Assembly: GCA_050738155.1 (NCBI GenBank)
Contig: JBOHYW010000002.1
Coordinates: forward strand, 2,838 to 66,837
DNA from: Rhodanobacteraceae bacterium
GTDB lineage: Bacteria > Pseudomonadota > Gammaproteobacteria > Xanthomonadales > Rhodanobacteraceae
Direction of reading: 5' to 3'
DNA length: 64,000 nt
Shown here: positions 37,698 to 48,013 of the stretch, piece after piece
Position numbering within the stretch: position 1 is the first letter of the stretch
Layout: every line of letters starts with the position of its first letter
The notes under the pieces: model-generated
Told to the model about the DNA's origin: nothing
Databases searched by the model: none
Seen by the model: only the letters and a program-made list of their open reading frames with translations
Translations under genes and position numbers: made by a program

Positions 37698-39971
37698 TCA
37701 ACTGGCGAAGCTGGTGTTGTAGCCGTACACGGAATAGCCGCCATTGCGTTTCTCCACGCCATTGAACACCACACCCTTGATCTCGACACCGGCCTGCCCG
37801 AATCGCTGCATGGCCATTTCGACCTCGCGCGATTGATTGAGACCGAAGCGCACCACCAGCAAGCTGGTGCCCACGTGTCGGCCGATGATCGCGGCATCGG
37901 TTACCGCCAGGACTGGCGGGCTGTCGATCACGATCAGATCGTATTTCGGCGACAGTTGTCGCAGCAGCGCGGCAAACCGCGGCCGCATCAACAACTCGGA
38001 GGGATCGGGCGGCTTCCTGCCACTGGCGATGAAATACAGGCCGTCGAGCTCGTCGACCGGCCGGATCGCTTCATCCACTTCGATCGCGCCCGCGAGCAGT
38101 TCGGACAAGCCGTTCTCGGGACGGCCGCCCAATACGGTGTGCAGCTTGCCGTCGCGCATGTTGGCGTCGATCAGCAACACGCGTTGGCCAGCTTGCGCGC
38201 TCAGTGCGGCAAGGTTCGCGGAAATGAAGGTCTTGCCGGCCTTGGGGCTCGATCCGCAAATCATCAGGCGGTTGTCGGCTGCATCCGGTCGGATGAAACA
38301 CAGGCTCGTGCGCAGCCCGCGCAAGGCTTCCGCCGCGAGGTCGCCGGGCGCCGTCAACGCCAGCAGACGCTGCTGCCCGCGCGCGAACAGCCGGTTGCCG
38401 CCCTTTTGCGACAGCGCGAGTTGCTGGTCGCTCAACGGGATCGCGGTGTACACCGGCAACCCGAGTTGTTCGATGTCCGCCGGGTCTTCGACGCCACGCT
38501 TGAGTATCTGCCGCAACAGCACGAACGCCACCGCCAGGAAGCCGCCGACGAAGGTGCACCCTGCCACCGTGGTCAACTTCTTCGGCTTGGCGGGACGAGT
38601 GATGTCGACGGCCGGCGCGTCCACGATTCGCGTGGTGCCAACCGTGCCGGCCTGCGCAATTTCCAGTTGCTGCGCTTCCTTGAGCAAGCCCGTATACGTG
38701 GTATCGAGCACGTTCACGTTGCCCTTCAGGCGCAACAGCTCGCGCTGGGTGTCGGGCAGCGTGCCCAATTGTTTTTCGATCGCGGCCTTCTGCCCGTTCA
38801 AGGTGGCGATCTGCTTCTCGACTGCCTTGTAGGCTGGATGTTGCGGCGTGTACAGGCGCGCGTCCTGGACCTTCTGCACCTTGAGTTGTTGCAGGCTGGC
38901 TTCGATGGTGTCCATGCGCGTCAGCAAACTTTGCGTCTGCATCGGCACGTTCACCGAATGCGCCTTGATCTGGTAAGCGTTGAGCGCAGCCTGTGCCTTC
39001 TCGAGCTGCTGCTTCACCACTGGCATCTGCTGCTTGACGAACTTCAGGCTGTTGGCGGCCTGCGCAGAGTTGCGGCCCACGTTCTGGGCAAGGTACGCCT
39101 TGGTGACCTGGCCGAGGATGGCGACCGCCATGGCCGGGCTGGAACTGTCGTAACTCAACGTGATGACGTTCGATTCGGGCGCCGTCTGCTTCGCCTGGAT
39201 GGCATTCTGCAACCTGTGCACGGTCGTCATTTCGTAATTGCGGACGACGTGGAAATGCATGCCGGGGTTGGCGTGCATGCCGGATACCAGCATCGTGATG
39301 CCCGCGCCCTTGGCAACCTGGCCAACCTGGCCGCGCAACAACAAGCGTCCGCGCAACAACGGAATCGAACTGTCTTGCCACAGCGAGTACGCGCCATTCT
39401 TGCTGGCAATCAAGGTCAATTTCTTTCCGTACAAGTCACGCGGCACGTCGAGTTTCGGCACCTTCAGTTGTGCGCCGCCCCAACCGTAGCTTGCAAACCC
39501 GGGCCAAGCCGGCGCGACGTCACCGGGCGCCGCCGGCGTGAAGTTTCGCGCAGCCAGGCTGCCCAGCAGCGGCACCCGGTACGGGCTGACCACGATGTTC
39601 AAATTGAGCGCGTCGACGGCCTTCTTGGCCACCGACTGCGAGGTGAGGATCGAAAGCGCGTCGGTGGCTTCCGGGTTGCGCGCACCCACCGCCTGCTCGA
39701 ATTCCGTGATGCCCGGCAGGGTCGGCGCCTGCTCCACCTGCACCATCGCTGTCGCCCGATACACCGGCGTGGCGATGAGCACGTAAGCTGCCCCGAGCAG
39801 GAAAAAGATGACGGTGATCGCAATGATCATCCGCTTGTGGTCGATCAGGGTGCCGAGCAAGGCCCGCAGATCGATTTCATCGCCATGTTGTTCGGGCGGC
39901 GGCAGCGAAAGCGGGCCGTCCGCCGCGTGGCGCGAATATCCCAATTGTCTTGCAGGTGTCATCGCACTCAT
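37698..39971 (-). CDS. wzc: polysaccharide co-polymerase / tyrosine autokinase (PCP-2a, Wzc/GumC-like)
   Basis: Two TM segments flanking a long periplasmic coiled region. Walker A GSSPKAGKT, VLLIDANMRD and DLIVIDSPP. C-terminal Tyr cluster GGYSVYGYNTS. Confidence 0.9.
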   Translation of the reverse strand: MSAMTPARQLGYSRHAADGPLSLPPPEQHGDEIDLRALLGTLIDHKRMIIAITVIFFLLGAAYVLIATPVYRATAMVQVEQAPTLPGITEFEQAVGARNPEATDALSILTSQSVAKKAVDALNLNIVVSPYRVPLLGSLAARNFTPAAPGDVAPAWPGFASYGWGGAQLKVPKLDVPRDLYGKKLTLIASKNGAYSLWQDSSIPLLRGRLLLRGQVGQVAKGAGITMLVSGMHANPGMHFHVVRNYEMTTVHRLQNAIQAKQTAPESNVITLSYDSSSPAMAVAILGQVTKAYLAQNVGRNSAQAANSLKFVKQQMPVVKQQLEKAQAALNAYQIKAHSVNVPMQTQSLLTRMDTIEASLQQLKVQKVQDARLYTPQHPAYKAVEKQIATLNGQKAAIEKQLGTLPDTQRELLRLKGNVNVLDTTYTGLLKEAQQLEIAQAGTVGTTRIVDAPAVDITRPAKPKKLTTVAGCTFVGGFLAVAFVLLRQILKRGVEDPADIEQLGLPVYTAIPLSDQQLALSQKGGNRLFARGQQRLLALTAPGDLAAEALRGLRTSLCFIRPDAADNRLMICGSSPKAGKTFISANLAALSAQAGQRVLLIDANMRDGKLHTVLGGRPENGLSELLAGAIEVDEAIRPVDELDGLYFIASGRKPPDPSELLMRPRFAALLRQLSPKYDLIVIDSPPVLAVTDAAIIGRHVGTSLLVVRFGLNQSREVEMAMQRFGQAGVEIKGVVFNGVEKRNGGYSVYGYNTSFAS

Positions 39972-40690
39972 CCCGGAGTCGTCGAGGCCGGTCACTGGAA
40001 GCACTTGTGCGATGCACCCCGGCAAGGCCCATCGCGCTTCACGTCATCATCGTCATCTTCACGATACGTCCGCCGCACCTCGAAACCGGCACCACACATC
40101 GATTTTCGTCAAGCGGATCTGCTGCGTGTTTGCTGCGGGCGACAAGTCGAATGACCCACCACGCTCCGAATTGTTCCACTCGACTTTCTGGTGAAATCCG
40201 GAAATGCAATTGTTGCAATGACGCGCTGAACGGACCCATCACGAATGTGGCAATCAGTGGGAATAATTTTCACATTCAGTCATCAGACAGACAGTTGAAC
40301 GGTCATAAAGCCGAGTGCGCGCGGAACCTTGACGTGATATATCCGCGGCAAATATCGTCCACTGACAATGTCAAGGCGCCTTGATTCAGCCAAACATGCT
40401 GGACACGATCAAACCAACGTGGCTTACTGACACAACCTTGTCGTTGTCGTGTGATCACGCTGTCGGCCGAAGTGCGGTTCGCATCGGCGGGCGATACTCG
40501 CGATCGACGGCGTCGTTCACGCGCCGCGCCTGGAACACGCAGGCGACTACCGCCACGCCCGCCGCACGGCGAAGTTCGGCATGCCGCCCGATGCTTTACG
40601 CAGGAACCATGCAGCCCGACGGTGCCCGTTGAGGGCACTGAACGACCGCGTTTCGTGGCGATGAGCCATCACGGATTCGAGGCACTGACC

Positions 40691-41866
40691 ATGAATATTT
40701 CACAAGCAACCCCTTCCGGATCGATTGAGTCGTGGTCCAACCGCGCGTTCGCACGTCTGCGCATGGCACTCCGGTGGCGCGCATTGATTGCACTGTGCCT
40801 GTGCCTTGCAATGGCGGGCTGTGTGTGGGCGCCCGGCCAGGACATGTCGATGAAGGTACGCGGCGAGCCCAATTCGGACTATGTCAAGCTGGTGCCGATC
40901 ACGCCGCAAGTGCTGGCCAATTACGAGCAACCCGGCTCTTCTCCGATCAATATCCCGTCGACATTGCTCGACTACCAGCCGCAGCCATACGAGATCGGCC
41001 CCGGCGATACGCTTTACATAACGGTCTGGGATCATCCCGAGCTGACCTCGCCAGCCGGCTCGCAGCAACAAACAAAAGCCAACGGTCGCCTGGTACGGCC
41101 CGACGGCACGATTTACTACCCGTTTGCCGGCTCGGTGCACGCCGCCGGCATGACCATCGAGCAATTGCGCGACCTGCTCAGCAACAAGCTCGCCACCTAC
41201 ATCAACAACCCCAAGGTCGACGTCAGCGTCGTCAACTACGGTAGCCAGCACGTGTTGCTCGGCGGAGCATTCACCAAGACCGGCCCGATCCCCATCACCA
41301 CGGTTCCGCTCACGCTGGGCGAGGCAATGGCATCGGCGACCGTGGACACCAGCAATGCCAACCTTTCGAATGTATTACTGGAACGGAACGGACAGATTTA
41401 TCACCTGAACATGTATGCCCTGCAACAAAAAGGGCTTTCCAAACGTATTTATCTCGAGTCTGGGGACAGGGTTTATCTACCCTATAACGATGCGCAGGAA
41501 ATCTATGTCATGGGCGAAGTCGTGCACCCGATGGCACTGCGTTTCAAAAATGGCAACATGAGTTTGACGCAGGTAATCGGCAAGGCCGGCGGGCTGAATC
41601 AATTGACGTCCCAAGGCAAGATTTACGTCATTCGCGATACGTCAATGCATGGCAAGGGCAATCCCGGTGCCACCGTATACGAACTGGATGCCAAATCGCC
41701 GGTCGCTTTCGCATTGGCTGATCAATTCAAGGTTCATCCGGGCGACGTCGTATTCGCGTCGGCGGCCGGCATTACCCGCTGGAACCGCTTCCTGACGCAG
41801 TTGCTTCCGATCACCAGTGCAATCAGCGCCACCGCGGCGGCTCAGTACAACTTCGAACGCAAGTAG
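40691..41866 (+). CDS. wza: outer-membrane polysaccharide export lipoprotein; alternative start at 40763 gives the signal MALRWRALIALCLCLAMAGC
   Basis: LAMAGC lipobox, IGPGDTLYITVWDHPELT Poly_export motif, and repeated SLBB-like segments. Confidence 0.88.
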   Translation: MNISQATPSGSIESWSNRAFARLRMALRWRALIALCLCLAMAGCVWAPGQDMSMKVRGEPNSDYVKLVPITPQVLANYEQPGSSPINIPSTLLDYQPQPYEIGPGDTLYITVWDHPELTSPAGSQQQTKANGRLVRPDGTIYYPFAGSVHAAGMTIEQLRDLLSNKLATYINNPKVDVSVVNYGSQHVLLGGAFTKTGPIPITTVPLTLGEAMASATVDTSNANLSNVLLERNGQIYHLNMYALQQKGLSKRIYLESGDRVYLPYNDAQEIYVMGEVVHPMALRFKNGNMSLTQVIGKAGGLNQLTSQGKIYVIRDTSMHGKGNPGATVYELDAKSPVAFALADQFKVHPGDVVFASAAGITRWNRFLTQLLPITSAISATAAAQYNFERK

Positions 41867-41950
41867 TGGCGAGGTGCCACTCGCGACTTCGCGTCCGCGA
41901 TCAACACCCGCGTCTATCGCCAGCCGAACATCGTCCGTTGTTACCGTGAA

Positions 41951-41974
41951 GCCACCCTCGCGCGCGAGGGTGGC
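41951..41974 (+). terminator. 24-nt perfect palindrome after wza; no U-tract
   Basis: GCCACCCTCGCG/CGCGAGGGTGGC, read directly, 85 nt after the wza stop. Confidence 0.4.
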
Positions 41975-42323
41975 GGGGATTGCGCTGTCCGTGTGTGGCG
42001 CCGCCGGCAGCGCCGAAACGGCTTTGCGGGAACTGCCGGGACTCGACGTCAACGTCGTCCTCATCGACATGTCACTGCCGCAGATGAGCGGCATCAAGCT
42101 GATCGCCGCGTTGCATACACAGTTTCCGGAAATGCGTTGCCTGATCATGTCCGGCCACAACGAACCCGGTTATGTGCAACGGGCATTGGCAGCCGGTGCA
42201 CGGGGGTATGTATTGAAGGGCAAGCCGCCGGAAGTCCAGCCCGCCATCGAGGCGGTGCTGGCCGGCGAACGGTACCTTAGCCCAGCATTGCGCGAGAAGT
42301 CCGCGGTCGGTTTCGCGCCGTAG
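41970..42323 (+). CDS. response-regulator receiver domain fragment; lacks the beta1 acidic pocket and any output domain; possible gene remnant
   Basis: VVLIDMSLPQMSG (phospho-acceptor Asp), LIMSGH and GYVLKG (conserved Ser and Lys). Nothing REC-like lies in frame upstream of the GTG at 41970. Confidence 0.45.
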   Translation: MAGIALSVCGAAGSAETALRELPGLDVNVVLIDMSLPQMSGIKLIAALHTQFPEMRCLIMSGHNEPGYVQRALAAGARGYVLKGKPPEVQPAIEAVLAGERYLSPALREKSAVGFAP

Positions 42324-42457
42324 CAGCGAAGGCATTGCATATCGCTTGGTGTTCCGCGGATTGTTGACGCGCTCCTCACGCACTGCATGGGACAGTCGGG
42401 CGCGGGGCTTTCCGTCGCAGGAAGTGGCGCCTTGCGGCAACGAAAAGGAATTCGACA

Positions 42458-43930
42458 ATGCAGCGCGGTTTCCCGCGGCCATTCGAAGGCCACTACGGAA
42501 TCAGTCTCACGGTCGCGATCATCGCGCTCGCGCCATTCATCGTGGTCAGCACCGCCGACACGATGTTCGCGAAGCAACTGCAAGCTTCGCTGCATACGGA
42601 CCAGCTCGGCACGCAACTGATTGCGGGATTCGCAATCGCCGGCTACGCATTCGGCGCCTTTACCGGCGGTGACCTGATCCAGCGCTTTCATCAGCGTTAC
42701 CTGTTTCTTGCCTGCCAGGCGGCGTTTGTCGCGGGCTGCGCCATCAGTGCCGCCGCTCCCGGCGTGTATGTGTACGGGTTCGGGCGCATCCTGATGGGAA
42801 TCGCAACCGGTCTGTTGCTGGTGATCGCATTGCCGCCGGTGATCCAGCGCTTTCCCTTCGAAAAGTTGCGCACCACGATGGCATGGGTCGACCTCGGCTT
42901 CTTTGGTGCGGTGTGCGCGGGACCACTGCTTGGTGGCGCGATCGCTTCGTGGCACGCGTGGCGCTGGCTGTTCGCGGGCCTCGCGATCATCGGCGCGTTG
43001 AATTTCGCCACGGCGCTGCTGACGGAACCGCTCCTCGATCCGCCCAACCCGAAGCTGCGTTTCGATGCGTGGGCGAGCGTGCTCGGCTTCGGTGCCGTGG
43101 TGCTGCCGTTCTGGGCCACCAGCGAATTGACGCAACACGGTTTCGCCTCCGTGATGTTCACCGTGCTGCTGGCCGCGGCGATGGTCTGTTTCGTGGCACT
43201 GCTGCTGGTCGAATACCACCAGAAGGAACCGCTTTCGCCAGTCAAGTTGATGTGGAACACGATCGCGGTGATCGGAACGCTGGTCGCGATGTTCGCCGGC
43301 GCGGCGTTCGTCACGCTGGTCGAACTGGCCGAGCGACTGCATGTCCAGGTGCTACACCACTCGCCGCTGGCCACTGGCGCCCTGCTGTCGCCGATGATCA
43401 TCGGGGCTTGCGTGACTGCGGTGTTGCTGGGCCTGCTGCTGAACACGCGCTACCTGCCGATCCTGATACTGGCCGGCATGGCGTGCCTGGTCGGTGCTGG
43501 CGTGGTGATGCTCGAGTTTGGCAGCGGCAATGCTTTCGTCCTCACCTTGGCCACCGCCGCCCTGCTGGGGCTGGGCGCGGGCGCAACCGTATCGGCGGGA
43601 CTCGTGATGGCGGCCTTCACGATTGCCTCGAAGATGGTCGGCCGTGTGTTCGCGCTGGTCGAATTGGTGCGCTCGCTCGCCGACTATGTCATCACCCCGG
43701 TGATCATGAAAACCGCCCGCGTGCATTCACACCAACCGCCGCTCGACTGGCCCGGCGTGCAACGCGCGACCGAAATCACGCTGTGGCTGACAGTAGGCTT
43801 CACCGTGCTCGGCGTGGCGCTGTGGATGGCGGGCGGTACCGGTCTGCCGGTGCCGGACATCAAGACGTGGATCGGTGGCAAAGACCCCGCGATCAAGTCA
43901 CCGACGTTGCTCGCGCGGTTGCGCAAGTAA
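42458..43930 (+). CDS. MFS transporter (14-TM, DHA2-like)
   Basis: 490 aa, about 14 hydrophobic segments, and a GRILMGIATG motif-A-like loop. Confidence 0.8.
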   Translation: MQRGFPRPFEGHYGISLTVAIIALAPFIVVSTADTMFAKQLQASLHTDQLGTQLIAGFAIAGYAFGAFTGGDLIQRFHQRYLFLACQAAFVAGCAISAAAPGVYVYGFGRILMGIATGLLLVIALPPVIQRFPFEKLRTTMAWVDLGFFGAVCAGPLLGGAIASWHAWRWLFAGLAIIGALNFATALLTEPLLDPPNPKLRFDAWASVLGFGAVVLPFWATSELTQHGFASVMFTVLLAAAMVCFVALLLVEYHQKEPLSPVKLMWNTIAVIGTLVAMFAGAAFVTLVELAERLHVQVLHHSPLATGALLSPMIIGACVTAVLLGLLLNTRYLPILILAGMACLVGAGVVMLEFGSGNAFVLTLATAALLGLGAGATVSAGLVMAAFTIASKMVGRVFALVELVRSLADYVITPVIMKTARVHSHQPPLDWPGVQRATEITLWLTVGFTVLGVALWMAGGTGLPVPDIKTWIGGKDPAIKSPTLLARLRK

Positions 43931-44214
43931 ATCCGCGGCTCGCGCTTCGTCCACCTGAATGATGCGGCTGCGATGATCGTGTCTGGTCATGGCGGCAACA
44001 CGTATCCATGGCCGCCCGTACGTTGCATGGAATCCTTCAGGCCGACAGTCATGATCGTCCGCATCCCGAGCAACTGTTCATCACGAAAGACGTCAATGCG
44101 TAACCGGCGATGGATCAGGATTCTTCACATTGCGGGCGTACTTGGCTGCTTGGTAGTTCAGCAAAATTTGCAGGTCAGTGCGTGCGCAGATTCGTCCGCA
44201 CCCCCACGTTCCCC

Positions 44215-44244
44215 AGAAACGCAAAACGCCCACAAGGGGCGTTT
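44215..44244 (-). terminator. rho-independent terminator after tRNA-Ser(CGA)
   Basis: Minus strand reads AAACGCCCC-TTGT-GGGCGTTT followed by TGCGTTT. Confidence 0.65.
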
Positions 44245-44249
44245 GCATT

Positions 44250-44342
<93 letters not shown>

Positions 44343-44599
44343 AAAATTTTAGCGCGCGGTTTTCGTGGCACTCGCGCCGGCGCATTGTTCGTCTCATCCC
44401 TGAGACTCACCCCTCGCGCTAAGCGCTCGGGGACAGCCTTGCGGCTATCCCAATTCGCTCCCGGCGAATTCGTCGGCCGCCCTGCTCTTCAGAAACGTAG
44501 CGCCCGCCTAGGCCTTGCCGCCATGGCGGGGCCGCCCATGATAACCGCGGTTGCTGGCAGTGCCAACTGAAACGGCTTGGGAAACCGCGGTTCCGCCGG

Positions 44600-46069
44600 C
44601 TAGCGTCGACAGCCTGTCAGTCGCAATCGCTTGCCGATGCTCAAGGTCGAGGATACGTGCAGGTGGTTGCTGCGGGCCAGTTTGCGCACGCTGTCGCAGT
44701 GGAAGCGGTGCGCGATCGCGTACAGCGAGTCACCTTTGCGCACGGTGTAATGCCGCGCCGGAGGCGGCGCGGGCGGATCGGGAAGTTGCGCCGCCTGCAA
44801 CTGATCGGCCAATGCCACCCATTCGCCGTGTACGCACGAGTGCTTGTACGCGCTTTCCAGGAAATGCGGCAGGTTGATGCGTGTGCCCTCGGGCTGCTCC
44901 TGCGATGGTTTCATCTGCGGGTTGAGGTTGCGCAGCGTGCGGTACCAGCCATAGCGTGCGTGGTCATCGCTGCCGAGGCACACCGTCAGTTGGTTGAGCG
45001 AGGCGGCATTGGCCAGATCGACGTGCCCGGGTGCGCCATCGACCTTGGGGAAATGCAGGTTGTAGCGATGCGGGTGCAGGAACAGCCAAGCCGCTGCCAA
45101 CACCATTGGCACGTAGGCACGCGTCTCCGGCGCCAGCGAGAAATAGACCTTGGGGTTCCAGAAGGTCGGGTCCGACGCGCCCGCGACCAGACGCCCCACC
45201 CGGCCTTCGCCGCCGTTGTAGGCAGCCAGCACCAGCGCGAGGTTGTCGTTGAGTTTGCCGAGTTGCTCGTTGAGATACGCTGCACCCGCTTGCGCCGCCA
45301 TGGTGGGATCGAAACGCTGGTCGAACCCGCTGACGGTGTTCAGCCCGAAACGCGCCCCGGTCGCCGGCATGAACTGTAGCGGTCCGGCCGCACCCGAGCG
45401 TGACATCGCGTGCACGCGACCGCCTGATTCCTTGGCGAGAATGCCGAACAGGATCGCCTCGGGCAGCCCCGCCTTGTGGAACGCTGGCCACATCTGGTAG
45501 CGCAGGTATTCGTAATCGACATAGGCGCGAACCAGGTTGGGCCGCAGACGCGTCAACCACACCTGCAAGGCGGCCTGGACGGTGCCGTTGGTGGCAACCA
45601 GGTCCGACAGCTTGTGGTCGTGCAGAAGTTCGACGGTGCGCTGTGCCTGCGGCAACGTGGTCAGCACCCCCGAGTCCGCATTGGCGTCGGTCTGGTCCTG
45701 GGTATCGAGTACGTCATCGTCGTCCTCGGTGCCGAGGAAACTGCCGTCCTTCAGGCGCAAGGCGCGGTCATAGGCAGCGAGGAAGCGCTCGGTATCGCAA
45801 CCCGAAGTGTTGAGGCATTGGTCCGAGGCATTGCGCATAGCATCCAGCGCCGCCTCAAGTGACTCCTGCGATTTGGAGTGGTCGCCTTGCCGCGCCAACT
45901 CCAACGCTTGATCATACTGCTGACTTGCCTGATCGAGCTGCGCGTACAGCGCATCAATATTGCTTGTCGTCGCAGTGTTTTTTTGCGTCGGTGTCGCCGC
46001 ACAACCTGCCAGCAAACCCCATGCACACGCACACGCAACCCACCCCGCAAACCGCCACGTCATGAACAA
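44600..46069 (-). CDS. mltD: membrane-bound lytic murein transglycosylase D-like lipoprotein (SLT domain plus LysM)
   Basis: LLAGCA lipobox, ESGGRVHAMSRSGAAGPLQFMPATG SLT motif, and a C-terminal LysM YTVRKGDSLYAIAHRF. Confidence 0.85.
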   Translation of the reverse strand: MFMTWRFAGWVACACAWGLLAGCAATPTQKNTATTSNIDALYAQLDQASQQYDQALELARQGDHSKSQESLEAALDAMRNASDQCLNTSGCDTERFLAAYDRALRLKDGSFLGTEDDDDVLDTQDQTDANADSGVLTTLPQAQRTVELLHDHKLSDLVATNGTVQAALQVWLTRLRPNLVRAYVDYEYLRYQMWPAFHKAGLPEAILFGILAKESGGRVHAMSRSGAAGPLQFMPATGARFGLNTVSGFDQRFDPTMAAQAGAAYLNEQLGKLNDNLALVLAAYNGGEGRVGRLVAGASDPTFWNPKVYFSLAPETRAYVPMVLAAAWLFLHPHRYNLHFPKVDGAPGHVDLANAASLNQLTVCLGSDDHARYGWYRTLRNLNPQMKPSQEQPEGTRINLPHFLESAYKHSCVHGEWVALADQLQAAQLPDPPAPPPARHYTVRKGDSLYAIAHRFHCDSVRKLARSNHLHVSSTLSIGKRLRLTGCRR

Positions 46070-46260
46070 CCCACCAAAGAACGGACAACGCTCGCACCCT
46101 AACGGTTCGCGGCGTGTGACTCAAGGCGCGTGCCGTACAATCGGAACCCGATCACATACTGCGCGGGGAATACAAGCGTGGTCGACATCCTGATTCACCG
46201 CGACGACATCGTGTCTGGCATGGCAAGCCGGACGCGATTTCCGACTGGAAACATTGCGCC

Positions 46261-47418
46261 ATGACGCCGCGCCCTCAGCTCGCCGCCGACACGCCGCTCG
46301 CACAGCGACTCGTCGCAGGCTTGCGTTATCCTGTGACGGGCGGAGCGCTGGCGACCTGTGTCGTGCTCGGCTTGTGCCGCTATGTGACGTTTCTGGTCGG
46401 CCACCTGCCTTCGTTGGGTGGCCTGCTGGCGATCGCCGTTGCCATCGCCATCTGGTGGGGAACCTGGCGCTACGCCATCGATTGCATGGTGCAAACCGCC
46501 GATGGTTTCGCCGAGCCGCCGGAAGTGAGCCTCGAAGACCACGCCGGCAGCCCGCGCAACCTGCTGGGTGTGCATCTGCTGGTGGTCGCGATCTGTGTGC
46601 TGGTCATGCTGTTCGCGCCTGCGCATCTTTGGATGGTGCTGGTGAGCGCGGCGGTTTTGCTGCCTGCCATCGACATGTCGCTGGCGTTCGACGGCAGCCT
46701 CGCCGTTGCACTCAATCCCGTGACCTGGATCGGCACCATCGTCCGCTTCGGGTTGTCCTACCTGATCCCGGTTGCCGCCAACATCGTGCTCGCGTTGCTG
46801 ATCTGGTTTGCATCGGCCGGCACATCGCACCTGCCCGCGTTGCTCGCGCTGCCGCTGTATGGCTTCGCCTGCACCTATCTGGTGCTGCTCGACTTCCACT
46901 GGATGGGATTGCTGGTCTGGCATTACCGCGAGCGCCTCGGCATGCACCCCAGGGCTCCGGAGCTGGCCCGCGCGATGGCGCTGGACGCCGACGGTGAATT
47001 GCTGCAGGAATGCCAGACGCTCGCAACAACCGATCCGGAGCAAGCCGCCATACGCCTGCGTGACCGCATCCGCGAGCGCAGCGCGCCCGCACCCGTGCAC
47101 AGCATGTTCCGCAGTCTGCTGCACAAGCTGCAGCGCAACGATCTCCTGTTGCAGCACGGGCAAACCTGGATCGCGCAATTGTGCGCCAATGGCGAAGCAC
47201 GTCGCGCGCTGGGCGTGGTACAGGAATGTCGCGAAGTCGATCCGGCCTTCATACCCGACGCCCCGGAAAATACCGCGATGCTGGCCGAACTCGCCGCACG
47301 GATCGGCATGCGCGATCTCTCGAGCCATCTGGCGCGCGGCTTCGGGCAACGCTGGCCGCGACATGAAGCCGGTGCACGAATCGCGCAATTGGCCACCGAT
47401 ACTTCGCAAACCACATGA
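46261..47418 (+). CDS. hypothetical membrane protein with a helical C-terminal domain
   Basis: 385 aa. About 6 TM segments followed by a soluble helical-repeat-like region. 4-nt overlap with greB. Confidence 0.6.
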   Translation: MTPRPQLAADTPLAQRLVAGLRYPVTGGALATCVVLGLCRYVTFLVGHLPSLGGLLAIAVAIAIWWGTWRYAIDCMVQTADGFAEPPEVSLEDHAGSPRNLLGVHLLVVAICVLVMLFAPAHLWMVLVSAAVLLPAIDMSLAFDGSLAVALNPVTWIGTIVRFGLSYLIPVAANIVLALLIWFASAGTSHLPALLALPLYGFACTYLVLLDFHWMGLLVWHYRERLGMHPRAPELARAMALDADGELLQECQTLATTDPEQAAIRLRDRIRERSAPAPVHSMFRSLLHKLQRNDLLLQHGQTWIAQLCANGEARRALGVVQECREVDPAFIPDAPENTAMLAELAARIGMRDLSSHLARGFGQRWPRHEAGARIAQLATDTSQTT

Positions 47419-47915
47419 GCCGTTGGCGTCCGCCCTCACCCCGTTCCACCGCGATCATCACCCGCGCGGGATTCGAGACGCTGAAGACCGAACTCGACCA
47501 TCTGTGGCGTGAGCTGCGGCCGGAAGTGGTCAAGGCGCTGGCGGCGGCGGCAGCCGAAGGCGATCGTTCGGAAAACGCCGAATACACCTATCGCAAGAAG
47601 CAACTCGGCGAAATCGATCGCCGCGTGCGTTATCTGTCCAAACGCATTCCGTCGCTGAAAGTCGCCGAAGGCGTGCCCGCCGATCGCGGGGCCATTTTTT
47701 TTGGCGCTCGTTTCGAAATCGAAAACTGCGACAGCGGCGATACCCACACCTACCGCATCGTCGGCCCCGACGAGACCGATGCAAAGAAAGGCTGGATCAG
47801 TGTCGATTCACCGCTCGCGCGCGCAGCGTTGAAGAGACGCGTCGATGATGAATTCGAGGCGGAGTTGCCGGGTGGCAAGGTGCGCTTCGTGGTGCTGGCA
47901 GTGCAATATCCGTAG
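47415..47915 (+). CDS. greB: transcription elongation factor GreB
   Basis: [25 protein letters not shown]...[27 protein letters not shown]. Confidence 0.9.
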   Translation: MSRWRPPSPRSTAIITRAGFETLKTELDHLWRELRPEVVKALAAAAAEGDRSENAEYTYRKKQLGEIDRRVRYLSKRIPSLKVAEGVPADRGAIFFGARFEIENCDSGDTHTYRIVGPDETDAKKGWISVDSPLARAALKRRVDDEFEAELPGGKVRFVVLAVQYP

Positions 47916-47924
47916 GCGCACGCC

Positions 47925-47985
47925 GCGTCCATCCTCCGACGCTCGCTTACGCTCGCGCCGACCCTCTTCGTTCCGAAGGGGGAAG
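47925..47985. repeat. CCCTTCG..CGAAGGG hairpin repeat (family 3), copy 1
   Basis: ...catcctccgacgctcgcttacgctcgcgccgaCCCTCTTCGttCCGAAGGGGG. This is the reverse-complement relative of 61373..61432. Confidence 0.65.
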
Positions 47986-48013
47986 ACAAGCAGCTTCGCC
48001 TGCTGCTCGTTTG

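Noticed and set aside
37209-40154. 981-aa plus-strand ORF
   Set aside because: It is antisense to wzc, which has Walker motifs, TM segments and a Tyr cluster. The plus-strand translation is R/Q/H-rich low complexity.
42346-42672. 108-aa ORF after the receiver fragment as a possible displaced HTH output domain
   Set aside because: The translation shows no LuxR or OmpR-type HTH pattern. It overlaps the MFS transporter start region and is Arg-rich.
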